A stretch of DNA of 29,770 nt from Fastidiosibacter lacustris (lineage in GTDB: Bacteria > Pseudomonadota > Gammaproteobacteria > Francisellales > Francisellaceae). Positions 1-9,639 of the stretch are shown one piece after another. The position numbers were made by a program, and so were the translations under genes. Below the pieces are notes generated by a model. That model did no database searches and was not told the origin of the DNA. It saw only the letters and a list, made by a program, of their open reading frames with translations. Each line of letters opens with the position of its first letter. Within the stretch, counting starts at the first letter, position 1. Location of the stretch: assembly GCF_003428155.1 (NCBI RefSeq), contig NZ_QLIR01000021.1, forward strand, positions 1 to 29,770. Direction: 5' to 3'.

Positions 1-8
1 GAGAGTTA

Positions 9-122
9 CCTGATGATAATAGCGACTGTGAACCACCTGAATCCATTCCGAACTCAGAAGTGAAAACAGTTAGCGTCGATGATAGTGTGGCATTCGTCAT
101 GTGAAAGTAGAACATCATCAGG
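9..122 (+). rRNA. rrf: 5S ribosomal RNA
   Basis: Contains the conserved 5S core 'gaaccacctgaatccattccgaactcagaagtgaaaacagt'. The terminal helix cctgatgat (9-17) pairs with atcatcagg (114-122). Confidence 0.88.
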
Positions 123-299
123 TTTTTATTTATGTATTTTACTCATAAAATGTATAAGTGTCATTACCAAGGTAAAGTGTCGGACTAATTACCAAGGGAA
201 ATTGTCGTGTTAATAGTATGGTCTGAATGCTATTGAGTCAACAAACTATTAGTAATAGCCCTGGCTTTCTGAATGCGTAAAGCAATTGTATTCAATTTA

Positions 300-470
300 G
301 GACCACCAAATATACCAGCCCGGTCAACATATAATGTGTAGAAGTTTAGACTTGACCTGACAGTTGCCTATTTTTCAAACGCGGTTTTTGTCATATAGTC
401 AATCGCCAAAAATAAGGTTTTAAAGACTACATTATCATTCGGAAATGAGCGTTTGTTTTTCATCACCTTT
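300..470 (-). pseudogene. C-terminal remnant of a mutator-type (IS256-like) transposase
   Basis: The reverse strand translates as KKVMKNKRSFPNDNVVFKTLFLAIDYMTKTAFEK*ATVRSSLNFYTLYVDRAG. This resembles the 'KKV.KNRRSFPND.A..KLLYLA' C-terminal region of IS256-family transposases. It has an in-frame stop and no N-terminal part. Boundaries are approximate. Confidence 0.45.
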
Positions 471-523
471 TTTCAGTGATTTCAAATATCCTTATAGCGT
501 ATGCTTTTGAATATCTATCATGC

Positions 524-3500
524 TCATGCCTTTGGTATCCATGAATTGACTAAAATACTTTTTATCTCATCTTTTTGATCTTTATTGAGTAAATCTTCAC
601 CTACACCAGTCTCAACATTAAAGCTTGCCAATGTTTGAATAATCACATCGATTCGTTTTTTATCTAGCATATGATTGCCAACTTCAATCTCATCAATTTT
701 ATGTGCTTCAGATTCAAACCAATTTTCTACAACAACTTGCTTAGGTTTATTTTGATTTGCTAAATTCTTAATCACCAAGTTACTTACTTCACGATAAAAA
801 CGGATATCGTCTGTTTTTAGACCATGAAGCTTTAGAAAGTCGCTGCTATTGTCAGTATCGTGGTTATTAATGATCACATTATTTGAACGCCTTAAATCAA
901 CTTGATAGTAATCAGATCCCTCACCACCCTCCAAGGTATTATTATCGCCATCTGCAATCAGTTTATCATCGCCTGTGTTGCCGTAAAGATGATCATTGCC
1001 ATTTTTAGCGTACAAAGTATCATTTCCTGCACCACCTAGCAATTGATCATGACCATCTTTACCTGCATAAAGAATATCATTTCCCTCATTGCCATTGAGC
1101 ACATTATTTCCTGACTGCCCATAAATAATATCATCTCCATCTCCTGAATCGATATTATCATTGCCTTTACCCGAGTAGATCACATCATTACCATCTCCAC
1201 TATAAACTACATCATCTCCATCACCAGCATCAATCCAACTCATTCCTGTGTTAATCAGGATTTGATCATTTCCAGTTGCAGTGTAAATCGAACTGCCGTT
1301 ACTATGTTCAATCTCAATCACATCATCACCAGCACCTGAATGAATTATGTTTTTACCAAATTGCACTTCAATATAATCAGCTCCATTCCCTGTGGTAATG
1401 GTATTATCTCCAGTGCCTGTATAAATTTCATTGTTACCATGACCGGCTTTAATCACATTATTGCCATCACCCGTATAGATATAATCAACATCTTTGCCAC
1501 CAAAAATTTGATTATCCCCACTGCCTGCTTGAATAGTATTCTTACCACTGCCTGCTTTAATAACATTATTACCATGTCCTGCTTCAATGACATCGTCACC
1601 TGCACCACTAAGGATCAAATTATTTCCATTACCAGTATAAATTCTGTTATTCCCACTACCTGCTTTAATCTCGTTGTTACCGCTTCCTGTATTGATCAAA
1701 TCATCACCATTGGCTGTGGTAATTTTGTTATTGCCCTCACCTGCCTCTACCTGATTATTACCACCCTTGGCATTTATCACATCAGCACCGTCATAAGTTT
1801 CGATATAATCATCTTTCTTGCTGCCAATCCGATTTAAATTATCCTCTACTCTACTAAACTTTGTTTCATCTGTTATCAACTCAGAAATCAGGTATTCATT
1901 ACCCTGACTGTCTATGATTTTATCTACACTTAGGTCATTAAAATAACCTTCAAGCTTTATACTGCTGCGATAAAACTGATCTCCTTGTTGATATAATGTT
2001 GCTCGATTATAGTTATGTGAAATCGCTTTGATATATAAATCATCTTGATCACGTAAAAAATATAGCTCTTCTAACGTAATGTCTTTCAATAAAACTGCAT
2101 CTTCATGATTATTGTTATCTGCAACGATCACATCGTCAAAAGTTATTTTTGATAACACGTAATGATCAACACCAAAACCTCCTGCTAAATAGTCATTATG
2201 TTGTTTCCCATCCAAAACATCCTTGCCATCTGTGCCTTGCAAATATTCAACTCTATTTATCCCTTGAATATAATTGGTCTGTGTTTCCTCATCAAAATAC
2301 ATTAGATAAACACTATTAGAGAACTGCTTTTCTAGACCACCTGCTTCGCTTAGGATAAAATCTTTATGCGGTATCACTTGCCAAATTTCAGCTCCATTAT
2401 TAAATTCGAGGGATATTGGTGGTGCATAACGATTGTCTCTATCATCATAAGGCTTCGTTAAAGCATAGTCTGCTATTGTAATATTGATGTTATGTTTTTC
2501 AGCAACAAATACTAAATCCCGTACATACCATTCTGTATAATGCTGACCACTTTTCGAGTAAGTATGCGAACTCAAGCTTAAATAAATATTATTCAAGTCC
2601 TCTAGCTGAATATCATCTTCAAAAACAAGCGTTACACTATTATCTTCATTTACTGAAAACAGCTTAGGAGTTCGTACAACATCATTCCCACTATTCGTTG
2701 AAAAAACATATCGATCATGACCATAACCACCAACCAAAGTATCATTATCCTCTCCACCAACTAGCGTGTCATTGCCCAATTCTCCGTATAAATGATCATT
2801 TCCTTGACCGCCATTTAAAATATCGTCACCGTCGCCACCCTTTAAATCATCATTACCTGCCTTACCATCTATCAATTCGCTTTCAGCATTGCCAATTAGC
2901 TTATCATTATTATCAGTACCCCTTATTTGTTTTGAATCTAATAGAGAATAGTTCTTATCAATCATCTGTCCATCTGAGAAAGTAAATTGATTGACGCCAG
3001 ATATATGCTGTGGTGTATCCGTATAGAACCGTTTTATCGTTACCTGATCCTGATTGTTGATATGCTTAACAATCAAATCATCTTCATTTTTTATAAAATA
3101 AAGATCTGATAGTCGAATGCCATCAATAAATTCGACTGTATTATCAACAAAGGTTTCATCATTATATAAATACACTGCTTCAATTTCATCAACACCAAAA
3201 GACTGACCAAATACATACCGATTCTTCCCATACCCTCCAGATAGGTAATCATTGCCTTCACCTCCAGTGAGTATATCGTCACCTTCATTTCCATAAAGTT
3301 CATCATTGCCAGCATCACCTATAATATTATCATCTCCCTGACGTCCATAAAGCTTATCATTACCACCTAAGCCTTGGATAACATCATCTGCAATTGTCCC
3401 TGAACTAACATCTGCTTGTTCTGTTCCTATATAATGAATATTTTCAGGTGTAACGTTAAATATAGCATCACCACGCTGCCAGACTGTACCATTAGCAAAT

Positions 3501-6500
3501 TCAATACGTGAAACTTTGCCTAGATTAACATAGTCTGATGCACCTTTATAAAAATTATCTAGTTTGATGCTATCGTATTCATTAAGCGTTAAGATGAGAT
3601 CATATTCAATACGTTTAAGTAAAATATCTTCATGACTGATTCCCACTGTAAACTGTAATATATCCCCAAAAGTATCATTGATACTCCCATCTTCTTCGCT
3701 AAATAAATATGTTTCTATCTCTCTCTCGTTATAACCTAGTTTTAATTTCCCCTCATCAATCCACGCATTTTTTAAGATAATATCATGCCCATCACCTGCA
3801 TCAATATAATTAAAACTTGATAAGCTATTGCTTGTTCCAATGTATCGTTTTGAGTCAATCGGTGTCACCACGTTATCTTGGTTATTTCCAACCACAATAC
3901 TATTGCCTTGGACAGTATAAGCTATATCATCTGTCAATAACATAGCATTACTGATCACCCCATTTTTAAATACATATGAGTCTATTTGCGCAAGCTCAGC
4001 CAATGCTTCCTCATTCATTGACCTAAGTGTTTTTGCTAAAGTCTTATTAGCATCCCAACCTAACTTACCTAGTAAATCCTCTGGTGCCAGTTTAATCAAT
4101 AACAACAAACCCACTGCTTCCACAGCAGTTGCATCAACACGATCAATAAAATATTGATCTATAGCATCAAATCCAAGTGACAACTCCCCTTCATCATTAC
4201 TATTAATTTCAATCATATCTACAAAACGTTGATAGTCATAATTCCTAAAAATAGTATTTTCAACTGAACTTAATAACTTATTATACGCACTATCAAGTAA
4301 GCTATTTTGTCTGGGAAGCCCCGAAAATAGGTCATCTTTTAATACAAGCGGTTTACCACTAGTAAATTTAACTAGATTCCACCAATTACCTATTGAGACT
4401 CTAAGCTCAGAATTCTCTCCCTTCTCAATGATATCGTAACTGACCAGATTGCTAAAATTAAAGGTCTCAAGCACAGCTATTCTTTCAAGCCTTTGCCGTG
4501 TGGTGTCACTCAGATCAAAACTAATTGTTGTCCCTGAGCTTAACTCCAAACCTTCTAATTCAGTAACGACTGAATTAAAGCTTTCTGCTGAGTCTGCCCA
4601 CGCCTTAACAAGCTTTTGATAAAGCATTTTGCGTGTATTGTAGTTTTCTGTTTCAGTAATTGCTTGCACTATCTCTACAATGACAGGGTTCAGCACAGCT
4701 GCTTGATTTAAATCCCTTACTGCGCCAGAGCCTCTAAGGCTAAATGCTAAATTTTGCTCCTCTAACTTGTCTGCAAATTGATAATAGAAATCGTCACTAT
4801 ATTCACGGTAAAAGGAATTGACATTAAAATTTAACGCGCCAATGTCATGCTTCTGACCATTCAAGTCTCGATACGTTGAGCTTTTGACAATTACACCCCC
4901 ATCAGCATTACTACCATTATCTACTACTACATTCAAATCAATACTTTGTACATCTGAGTTAGTTAGAGCAGTTATTTCTCCTTCCTGAACCACGCCATCT
5001 TCGTTTTTATCCTGCCATAATCCTACTTCGCTAAATGCATGATCTTCCACATTAAAAACACCATCATTATTATCATCCAAATCTAATAGCGCATCAAAAC
5101 CATCTGTGGCTTTCTCTCCATTTTGCTTAATCGTATTGTCCCCAAATAACTCCAATCCACTATCAATTTGACCATTGTTATCCAAATCACGCACCAACAG
5201 AGCATCATCACCATTAACCCAGCCTGTGGCATGCTTCACTCCATCACTATCATGATCAAATAAAATATTTCCATGAGCTGCAATGGTCTCAATCCCATCA
5301 CCATCTAAATCTAAAATAAGAGGATCACGGGGAGGGAAAGCGACCTTTGATGCTTCAGTAAAGTCATCGTTAACGAGACTATCAATAAAGTCATTAACTG
5401 CGGAACCCTCTCCCATTAAACACATTAAAATATCACCTTTAAAAGCTTTCATGACGTTTTCTTTCTGGTATTCAGATGAAAATAGAGTTTGATTATAATT
5501 AGCCATTCCTAAAAACAAATTGTTATAATTGCTCAGTTGATCCATAAGCTTTTGTTGAGCATGACCTAAGCGATAATACTCCCGCAGTAAAATCGGATTA
5601 TCACTAATCAAAATACCATGAAAAAGATGTAAATTCTGTAATGCCTCATCTTTAATCTGCTCAATATCAGCACGTACCCGTGAGATTTCTGCTACACCAT
5701 CTTCATATAAACGATTAACAATGCTTATGTCTAATTCATTTGGAATCAAAGCACCATTTTGATCAAACTTTTGATAGAGATAATTATTGATGGTGTGTGC
5801 ATCAAGTAAACCTAAACTCTCATGACCTGGAATAATAATTGTATCCCCTATATTTGTCGCCCAAAAAGCAATTAGGTCTCCTTCACGTGCATAGTTGATA
5901 ATCTTGTTGTTCACCATTTCATGATTGACTGCATAGTTTTCATAAAGTGTAATTTTTATTGGATCAGTAACAGCAACATAGCCTAAACTCTTTTCCCCTG
6001 TAAGCCTATCTTCAACTACCCCTACCTCATAATAAGTACCGCCTTCTTTCTTTCCTTGTAAGATTTCCTGCCCACCATAGCCTTCAAAATTGTATATCAT
6101 GCCCAGCTTTTCACTACCTATATAAGTCGCTTGTGCTTGTGCTATCGTCGCCCCAGCTGAATGGTTGGCTCCTGAAAATATTTCAGGCGTATAAATCTTA
6201 TCAACCATATCAATAAAATTCACACCTGCCATCATATTCTGCGAAATACGATAAGCCAGCATTTCTGCGTCTGAAGCATAATCACCCAATTCACTTGTGC
6301 CTTTATTAACAATCACCATTTCGGTTGTATTAAGTTTTGGAGTCACTGCAATAGCGTAATAGCCAGCTCCCCCAATAGCGGTGTGATTCTCAATCGTATT
6401 ACTCGTTGCCATTAGTGTAAAATTGTCCAACACCTGATTAAACTTATTTGCCGCTAGGGCAATTTGATCACGCAAATCCTGGGGGATACCTTCGTGAAAG

Positions 6501-6649
6501 TTACCTTGATCATCGTAAATATACTTTGATAACTGGCTACCTTTGTTCACCTGGTCATTATCAAAAATATATTGATCTGTTTTTATGTCTTTGGTGTAGA
6601 CAATATTTGCTAATATTGCGCTTTGTTCCGCTGTTAACACGCTATTCAT
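524..6649 (-). CDS. Large RTX-repeat protein with lipase-like N-terminal region, probable type I secreted enzyme or adhesin
   Basis: 2041-aa ORF. Contains 'FSGANHSAGATIAQAQA' (lipase nucleophile-elbow-like, Ser164) with a later 'DAHTINNYL', an Asp-rich 'DLDGDGIET...DLDNNGQIDSGLELFGDNT' segment, and many GGxGxDxLxG nonapeptides. Shine-Dalgarno GGAG lies upstream of the ATG. Confidence 0.9.
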   Translation of the reverse strand: MNSVLTAEQSAILANIVYTKDIKTDQYIFDNDQVNKGSQLSKYIYDDQGNFHEGIPQDLRDQIALAANKFNQVLDNFTLMATSNTIENHTAIGGAGYYAIAVTPKLNTTEMVIVNKGTSELGDYASDAEMLAYRISQNMMAGVNFIDMVDKIYTPEIFSGANHSAGATIAQAQATYIGSEKLGMIYNFEGYGGQEILQGKKEGGTYYEVGVVEDRLTGEKSLGYVAVTDPIKITLYENYAVNHEMVNNKIINYAREGDLIAFWATNIGDTIIIPGHESLGLLDAHTINNYLYQKFDQNGALIPNELDISIVNRLYEDGVAEISRVRADIEQIKDEALQNLHLFHGILISDNPILLREYYRLGHAQQKLMDQLSNYNNLFLGMANYNQTLFSSEYQKENVMKAFKGDILMCLMGEGSAVNDFIDSLVNDDFTEASKVAFPPRDPLILDLDGDGIETIAAHGNILFDHDSDGVKHATGWVNGDDALLVRDLDNNGQIDSGLELFGDNTIKQNGEKATDGFDALLDLDDNNDGVFNVEDHAFSEVGLWQDKNEDGVVQEGEITALTNSDVQSIDLNVVVDNGSNADGGVIVKSSTYRDLNGQKHDIGALNFNVNSFYREYSDDFYYQFADKLEEQNLAFSLRGSGAVRDLNQAAVLNPVIVEIVQAITETENYNTRKMLYQKLVKAWADSAESFNSVVTELEGLELSSGTTISFDLSDTTRQRLERIAVLETFNFSNLVSYDIIEKGENSELRVSIGNWWNLVKFTSGKPLVLKDDLFSGLPRQNSLLDSAYNKLLSSVENTIFRNYDYQRFVDMIEINSNDEGELSLGFDAIDQYFIDRVDATAVEAVGLLLLIKLAPEDLLGKLGWDANKTLAKTLRSMNEEALAELAQIDSYVFKNGVISNAMLLTDDIAYTVQGNSIVVGNNQDNVVTPIDSKRYIGTSNSLSSFNYIDAGDGHDIILKNAWIDEGKLKLGYNEREIETYLFSEEDGSINDTFGDILQFTVGISHEDILLKRIEYDLILTLNEYDSIKLDNFYKGASDYVNLGKVSRIEFANGTVWQRGDAIFNVTPENIHYIGTEQADVSSGTIADDVIQGLGGNDKLYGRQGDDNIIGDAGNDELYGNEGDDILTGGEGNDYLSGGYGKNRYVFGQSFGVDEIEAVYLYNDETFVDNTVEFIDGIRLSDLYFIKNEDDLIVKHINNQDQVTIKRFYTDTPQHISGVNQFTFSDGQMIDKNYSLLDSKQIRGTDNNDKLIGNAESELIDGKAGNDDLKGGDGDDILNGGQGNDHLYGELGNDTLVGGEDNDTLVGGYGHDRYVFSTNSGNDVVRTPKLFSVNEDNSVTLVFEDDIQLEDLNNIYLSLSSHTYSKSGQHYTEWYVRDLVFVAEKHNINITIADYALTKPYDDRDNRYAPPISLEFNNGAEIWQVIPHKDFILSEAGGLEKQFSNSVYLMYFDEETQTNYIQGINRVEYLQGTDGKDVLDGKQHNDYLAGGFGVDHYVLSKITFDDVIVADNNNHEDAVLLKDITLEELYFLRDQDDLYIKAISHNYNRATLYQQGDQFYRSSIKLEGYFNDLSVDKIIDSQGNEYLISELITDETKFSRVEDNLNRIGSKKDDYIETYDGADVINAKGGNNQVEAGEGNNKITTANGDDLINTGSGNNEIKAGSGNNRIYTGNGNNLILSGAGDDVIEAGHGNNVIKAGSGKNTIQAGSGDNQIFGGKDVDYIYTGDGNNVIKAGHGNNEIYTGTGDNTITTGNGADYIEVQFGKNIIHSGAGDDVIEIEHSNGSSIYTATGNDQILINTGMSWIDAGDGDDVVYSGDGNDVIYSGKGNDNIDSGDGDDIIYGQSGNNVLNGNEGNDILYAGKDGHDQLLGGAGNDTLYAKNGNDHLYGNTGDDKLIADGDNNTLEGGEGSDYYQVDLRRSNNVIINNHDTDNSSDFLKLHGLKTDDIRFYREVSNLVIKNLANQNKPKQVVVENWFESEAHKIDEIEVGNHMLDKKRIDVIIQTLASFNVETGVGEDLLNKDQKDEIKSILVNSWIPKA
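900..1820 (-). repeat. Long Asn-rich RTX-like beta-roll tandem nonapeptide block (GxGNNxIxx type) coding region
   Basis: Translation shows a continuous run such as GEGNNKITTANGDDLINTGSGNNEIKAGSGNNRIYTGNGNNLILSGAGDDVIEAGHGNNVIKAGSG. The matching 27-nt DNA periodicity is visible. Confidence 0.85.
2705..2935 (-). repeat. Classical RTX calcium-binding nonapeptide repeats (block 2)
   Basis: Translation GTDNNDKLIGNAESELIDGKAGNDDLKGGDGDDILNGGQGNDHLYGELGNDTLVGGEDNDTLVGG. Confidence 0.85.
3210..3450 (-). repeat. Classical RTX calcium-binding nonapeptide repeats (block 1)
   Basis: Translation GTIADDVIQGLGGNDKLYGRQGDDNIIGDAGNDELYGNEGDDILTGGEGNDYLSGG. Confidence 0.85.
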
Positions 6650-7724
6650 GGCTTATCTCCTTATCGTATAGTGTTACAATTTGGTTATATAAATCAGTTT
6701 GTGTTAAAAATTGAGCTTCACTTGAATCATACCTTCTGGCAACAATCCAAATCTCCTCCACCTTGCCTGATAAAGTCTTATATTTAACCGTGTGCATAGG
6801 CAATAACTTAATATATTTAGCCACATCCAAAGGAGAGTGAATGCTTTGAGCTATATTGGCATACTCTGGTATATTTGGCTTACCATAACAAAACTTCATA
6901 ATCCCATTCATAGGGCAGTCTGAAATCATTAACACACCCCATGTATACTTATTCATTTCATAACCCTTTTGTTGAATAAAAAAACTCGTGTCCATCTTTT
7001 GTTGCTTTAACCAAGATTCATCTGGGATATCAACTAATCTAATTTCCATATTAAAGCTAAATAGCTTTAACGAGAGTAAATAATTATTGAGCTTATAGAT
7101 TTGACTCATCAAGGTGAGCAAGTTCTGTGGGATTTTTTGTATTTCAATTATTGCAGTAAATGTTAACTCTAGTGCGTTATGGTATTCTCTTATCCATTCT
7201 TGCAAATGCAATGCTTTGCTACGGAAGATATATTCCGTTTCTTTAGCTAAATATCTCTCGTTTTCTGGTAAGTCCTTATCATAAATCGACGTTGCTAATG
7301 TCCTTGCGGCAAAATTATCACTCACTGACTTAAAATAAGGTTCTAGCATTTTAGCTACTTCGATTGATGTCCTAACTAATAAATAATTACTCGCAAACGA
7401 CCCTTTGCCTGTTAAATCCGTAATTACCATTAACTGTTGATCTGGCATTGACTCTGGGATTACAGTAAAAGTATAACTTCTACTTTGTCGATTATAATTG
7501 CCACTTATCACTTTAAAGTTCTCACCATACTTGGCTTTAAGCTGATGAGCTACTTTATCCATCATATCGGAAGAAACCCGACTACCTAAGCCATGGGAAA
7601 TGTAGTAAAAAACGCCTATTAAGATTACTATCGTGATTGAGATGGTTACTATTATAAAGCCCAGCTTTGTTATTCTTGTCTCTTCCTCCAGTTTTACTTG
7701 TCCAATATTCCTTTTCTTATCCAT
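6642..7724 (-). CDS. Uncharacterised 360-aa protein with one N-terminal transmembrane segment, coupled to the RTX gene
   Basis: ORF starts MDKKRNIGQVKLEEETRITKLGFIIVTISITIVILIGVFYYIS (a TM helix near the N-terminus). Its stop overlaps the RTX gene start by 8 nt. Confidence 0.75.
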   Translation of the reverse strand: MDKKRNIGQVKLEEETRITKLGFIIVTISITIVILIGVFYYISHGLGSRVSSDMMDKVAHQLKAKYGENFKVISGNYNRQSRSYTFTVIPESMPDQQLMVITDLTGKGSFASNYLLVRTSIEVAKMLEPYFKSVSDNFAARTLATSIYDKDLPENERYLAKETEYIFRSKALHLQEWIREYHNALELTFTAIIEIQKIPQNLLTLMSQIYKLNNYLLSLKLFSFNMEIRLVDIPDESWLKQQKMDTSFFIQQKGYEMNKYTWGVLMISDCPMNGIMKFCYGKPNIPEYANIAQSIHSPLDVAKYIKLLPMHTVKYKTLSGKVEEIWIVARRYDSSEAQFLTQTDLYNQIVTLYDKEISHE

Positions 7725-8235
7725 CTTTCACTTACCTCTAAAACCGCAATTTTTCAATCATACTACGAACATAATTGAAGCCTTCATGCCATTTCAATTT
7801 GGCAATTCCCATTTTTACTTAGGTAACACCACCAAAAAGTCGTTTAAAAACAAGCCTTTAAAATCAAGCTTTGAGTATAATTGATCCCTTATCGGAGAAT
7901 AAAAAAACAAAAACTAGCAGTGTCATCTTGGTTTAAGCGTAGACGATTATTGTAAGAGGTCAAATTTTAATCTTAGACTTTCTCACAGTGTTTTAAAGAG
8001 TGAATAAAAATAAAAACGTAGATTTGGACAATGACTGATATGCTAAAAGGCACTAGTTTGCTTTTAGTTCAAAACACCGATATTCAAATCAAACCTTCTA
8101 TGACGAAAACTGTATTATAGATCTTAACCAAATAGCTTAAAGCACTCCCTAATCCCAAGACCATCGAACAGTCTAAATCGGGATTTGGGATTACGGATTT
8201 TGTCAACAATATTGGAGGTTTTAAATGTGAGTGTA

Positions 8236-9639
8236 TTATGAATAATTTCGAGTAAGAACATAAGGAAAAGCAAGTGCAATCACTATTCCTGTAACAAGTA
8301 ATAAATCAAAGTTAAAGGTGGACATCGTTACATCTGAGGTTGGAATAAATCCTACTATAATTGCAACCAAGCAGCTAATAAATCCTAATGATGACATTAC
8401 AATGGTTCCTTTGACACCGCCATAAATTTGATATTGCCCAAGTTTGATTGGATTAGTGACCCTTAATTTAATTGCCGCAGCAAACATACCGATATAACCT
8501 AATACAGCAAGTTGTGCCGTCAGTGCACTTAAAAACCAATAAGCTGAATTGACCGATGGCATAAGAAGATAACTCAAACAAAATATAGAGAATATCAGAG
8601 CTTGCAAAATAAGCACTTTACTGGGTGCGTTATAAGTATTAGTTTGTGCAAGCCTTTTTGAAATAAGTCCATCTTCTGCTGCTATGGTAAAAGCTCGTGA
8701 TAAACCCATAATCCAAGCTGAAACAGTAGTAAATGCTCCTAATACCAAGGTTAATGCGATGATACTAGACATCCACGGCATATTGAATTTAGCAAAAAAA
8801 TAGCTAAATGATGCCATAAGTCCTGTCACGATATCTACATGCCCAGTGTTATTGCTATTGACTGTAAAGATTGCAACGTTAGACAAAACTAGAGATAGTA
8901 AAATCACTACGCTAGAAATTAATAGTGCTTTGGGAAAGTTTTTTTGTGGATTGTTGACATTACCTGCATGAATAGAACTCATCTCTAGACCAAATAAACT
9001 AAACATTACGGTTAAAAACAGACCCCAACTGTTAATATTGGCAAAGCTTGGTAGTACATCTGAAATAGCCGATGGCTTCAACATGGGTTGACCAGACAAT
9101 ATCCAAAAAAGTGCTAAGCCAATAATGAGTAGCATCGGCATTAAGGTACCAACAATCGCGCCAATGACACTGATTGTGCTTGAGGTTTTTATTCCAAATA
9201 GATTAACAATCGTAGCTAACCAAAACATGCACAGACTCATGCTGATTATATACCAAGGATTACTGACCAAAAAATCTGGATTCATGCCAAACCAAGGTGC
9301 AATAATATAAGCAATGATTCCTGCAAAAAATCCACAGATAGATGGGAACCATACCAAATTATAAATCCATTGCAGCCACAACACGACAAATCCTATTTTG
9401 GCACCAAAGGCTTCTTTTGTCCAAAGGTAGATTCCACCATTTTTCGAATATCCTGTTGCCATTTGTGCAGTTAATAATGCACATGGAATTAAAAATACAA
9501 TAGCGGCAAAAATGTAAAAACTCACCACAACCCACCCAGCTTGTGCTGTAATAGAGATATTACGCAGGCTATCCACGGCAATGATATTGATCATGACTAA
9601 GCGTAGCAAGGTTAAGGATTGAGTTGATGAAATTTGCAT
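8236..9639 (-). CDS. APC-superfamily amino acid permease (glutamate/GABA antiporter-like)
   Basis: 467-aa polytopic protein: LRLVMINIIAVDSLRNISITAQAGWVVVSFYIFAAIVFLIPCALLTAQMATGYSKNGGIYLWTKEAFG, an APC-family N-terminal signature. Confidence 0.82.
   Translation of the reverse strand: MQISSTQSLTLLRLVMINIIAVDSLRNISITAQAGWVVVSFYIFAAIVFLIPCALLTAQMATGYSKNGGIYLWTKEAFGAKIGFVVLWLQWIYNLVWFPSICGFFAGIIAYIIAPWFGMNPDFLVSNPWYIISMSLCMFWLATIVNLFGIKTSSTISVIGAIVGTLMPMLLIIGLALFWILSGQPMLKPSAISDVLPSFANINSWGLFLTVMFSLFGLEMSSIHAGNVNNPQKNFPKALLISSVVILLSLVLSNVAIFTVNSNNTGHVDIVTGLMASFSYFFAKFNMPWMSSIIALTLVLGAFTTVSAWIMGLSRAFTIAAEDGLISKRLAQTNTYNAPSKVLILQALIFSIFCLSYLLMPSVNSAYWFLSALTAQLAVLGYIGMFAAAIKLRVTNPIKLGQYQIYGGVKGTIVMSSLGFISCLVAIIVGFIPTSDVTMSTFNFDLLLVTGIVIALAFPYVLTRNYS

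Noticed and set aside
900-1820. Possible CRISPR array because of regular repeats
   Set aside because: The 27-nt period is protein-coding, diverged and without unique spacers; it is explained by nonapeptide repeats.
1340-1837. 165-aa plus-strand ORF antisense to the RTX repeats
   Set aside because: It only mirrors the 27-nt periodic RTX repeats (repeated I/N/T patterns); low complexity and antisense to a clear CDS.
2698-2985. 95-aa His-rich plus-strand ORF
   Set aside because: Antisense to RTX block 2; the His/Pro-rich composition is a by-product of GGxGxD codons read in reverse.
3091-3318. 75-aa minus-strand ORF inside the RTX gene
   Set aside because: Alternative frame within the large CDS, overlapping repeat-coding DNA.
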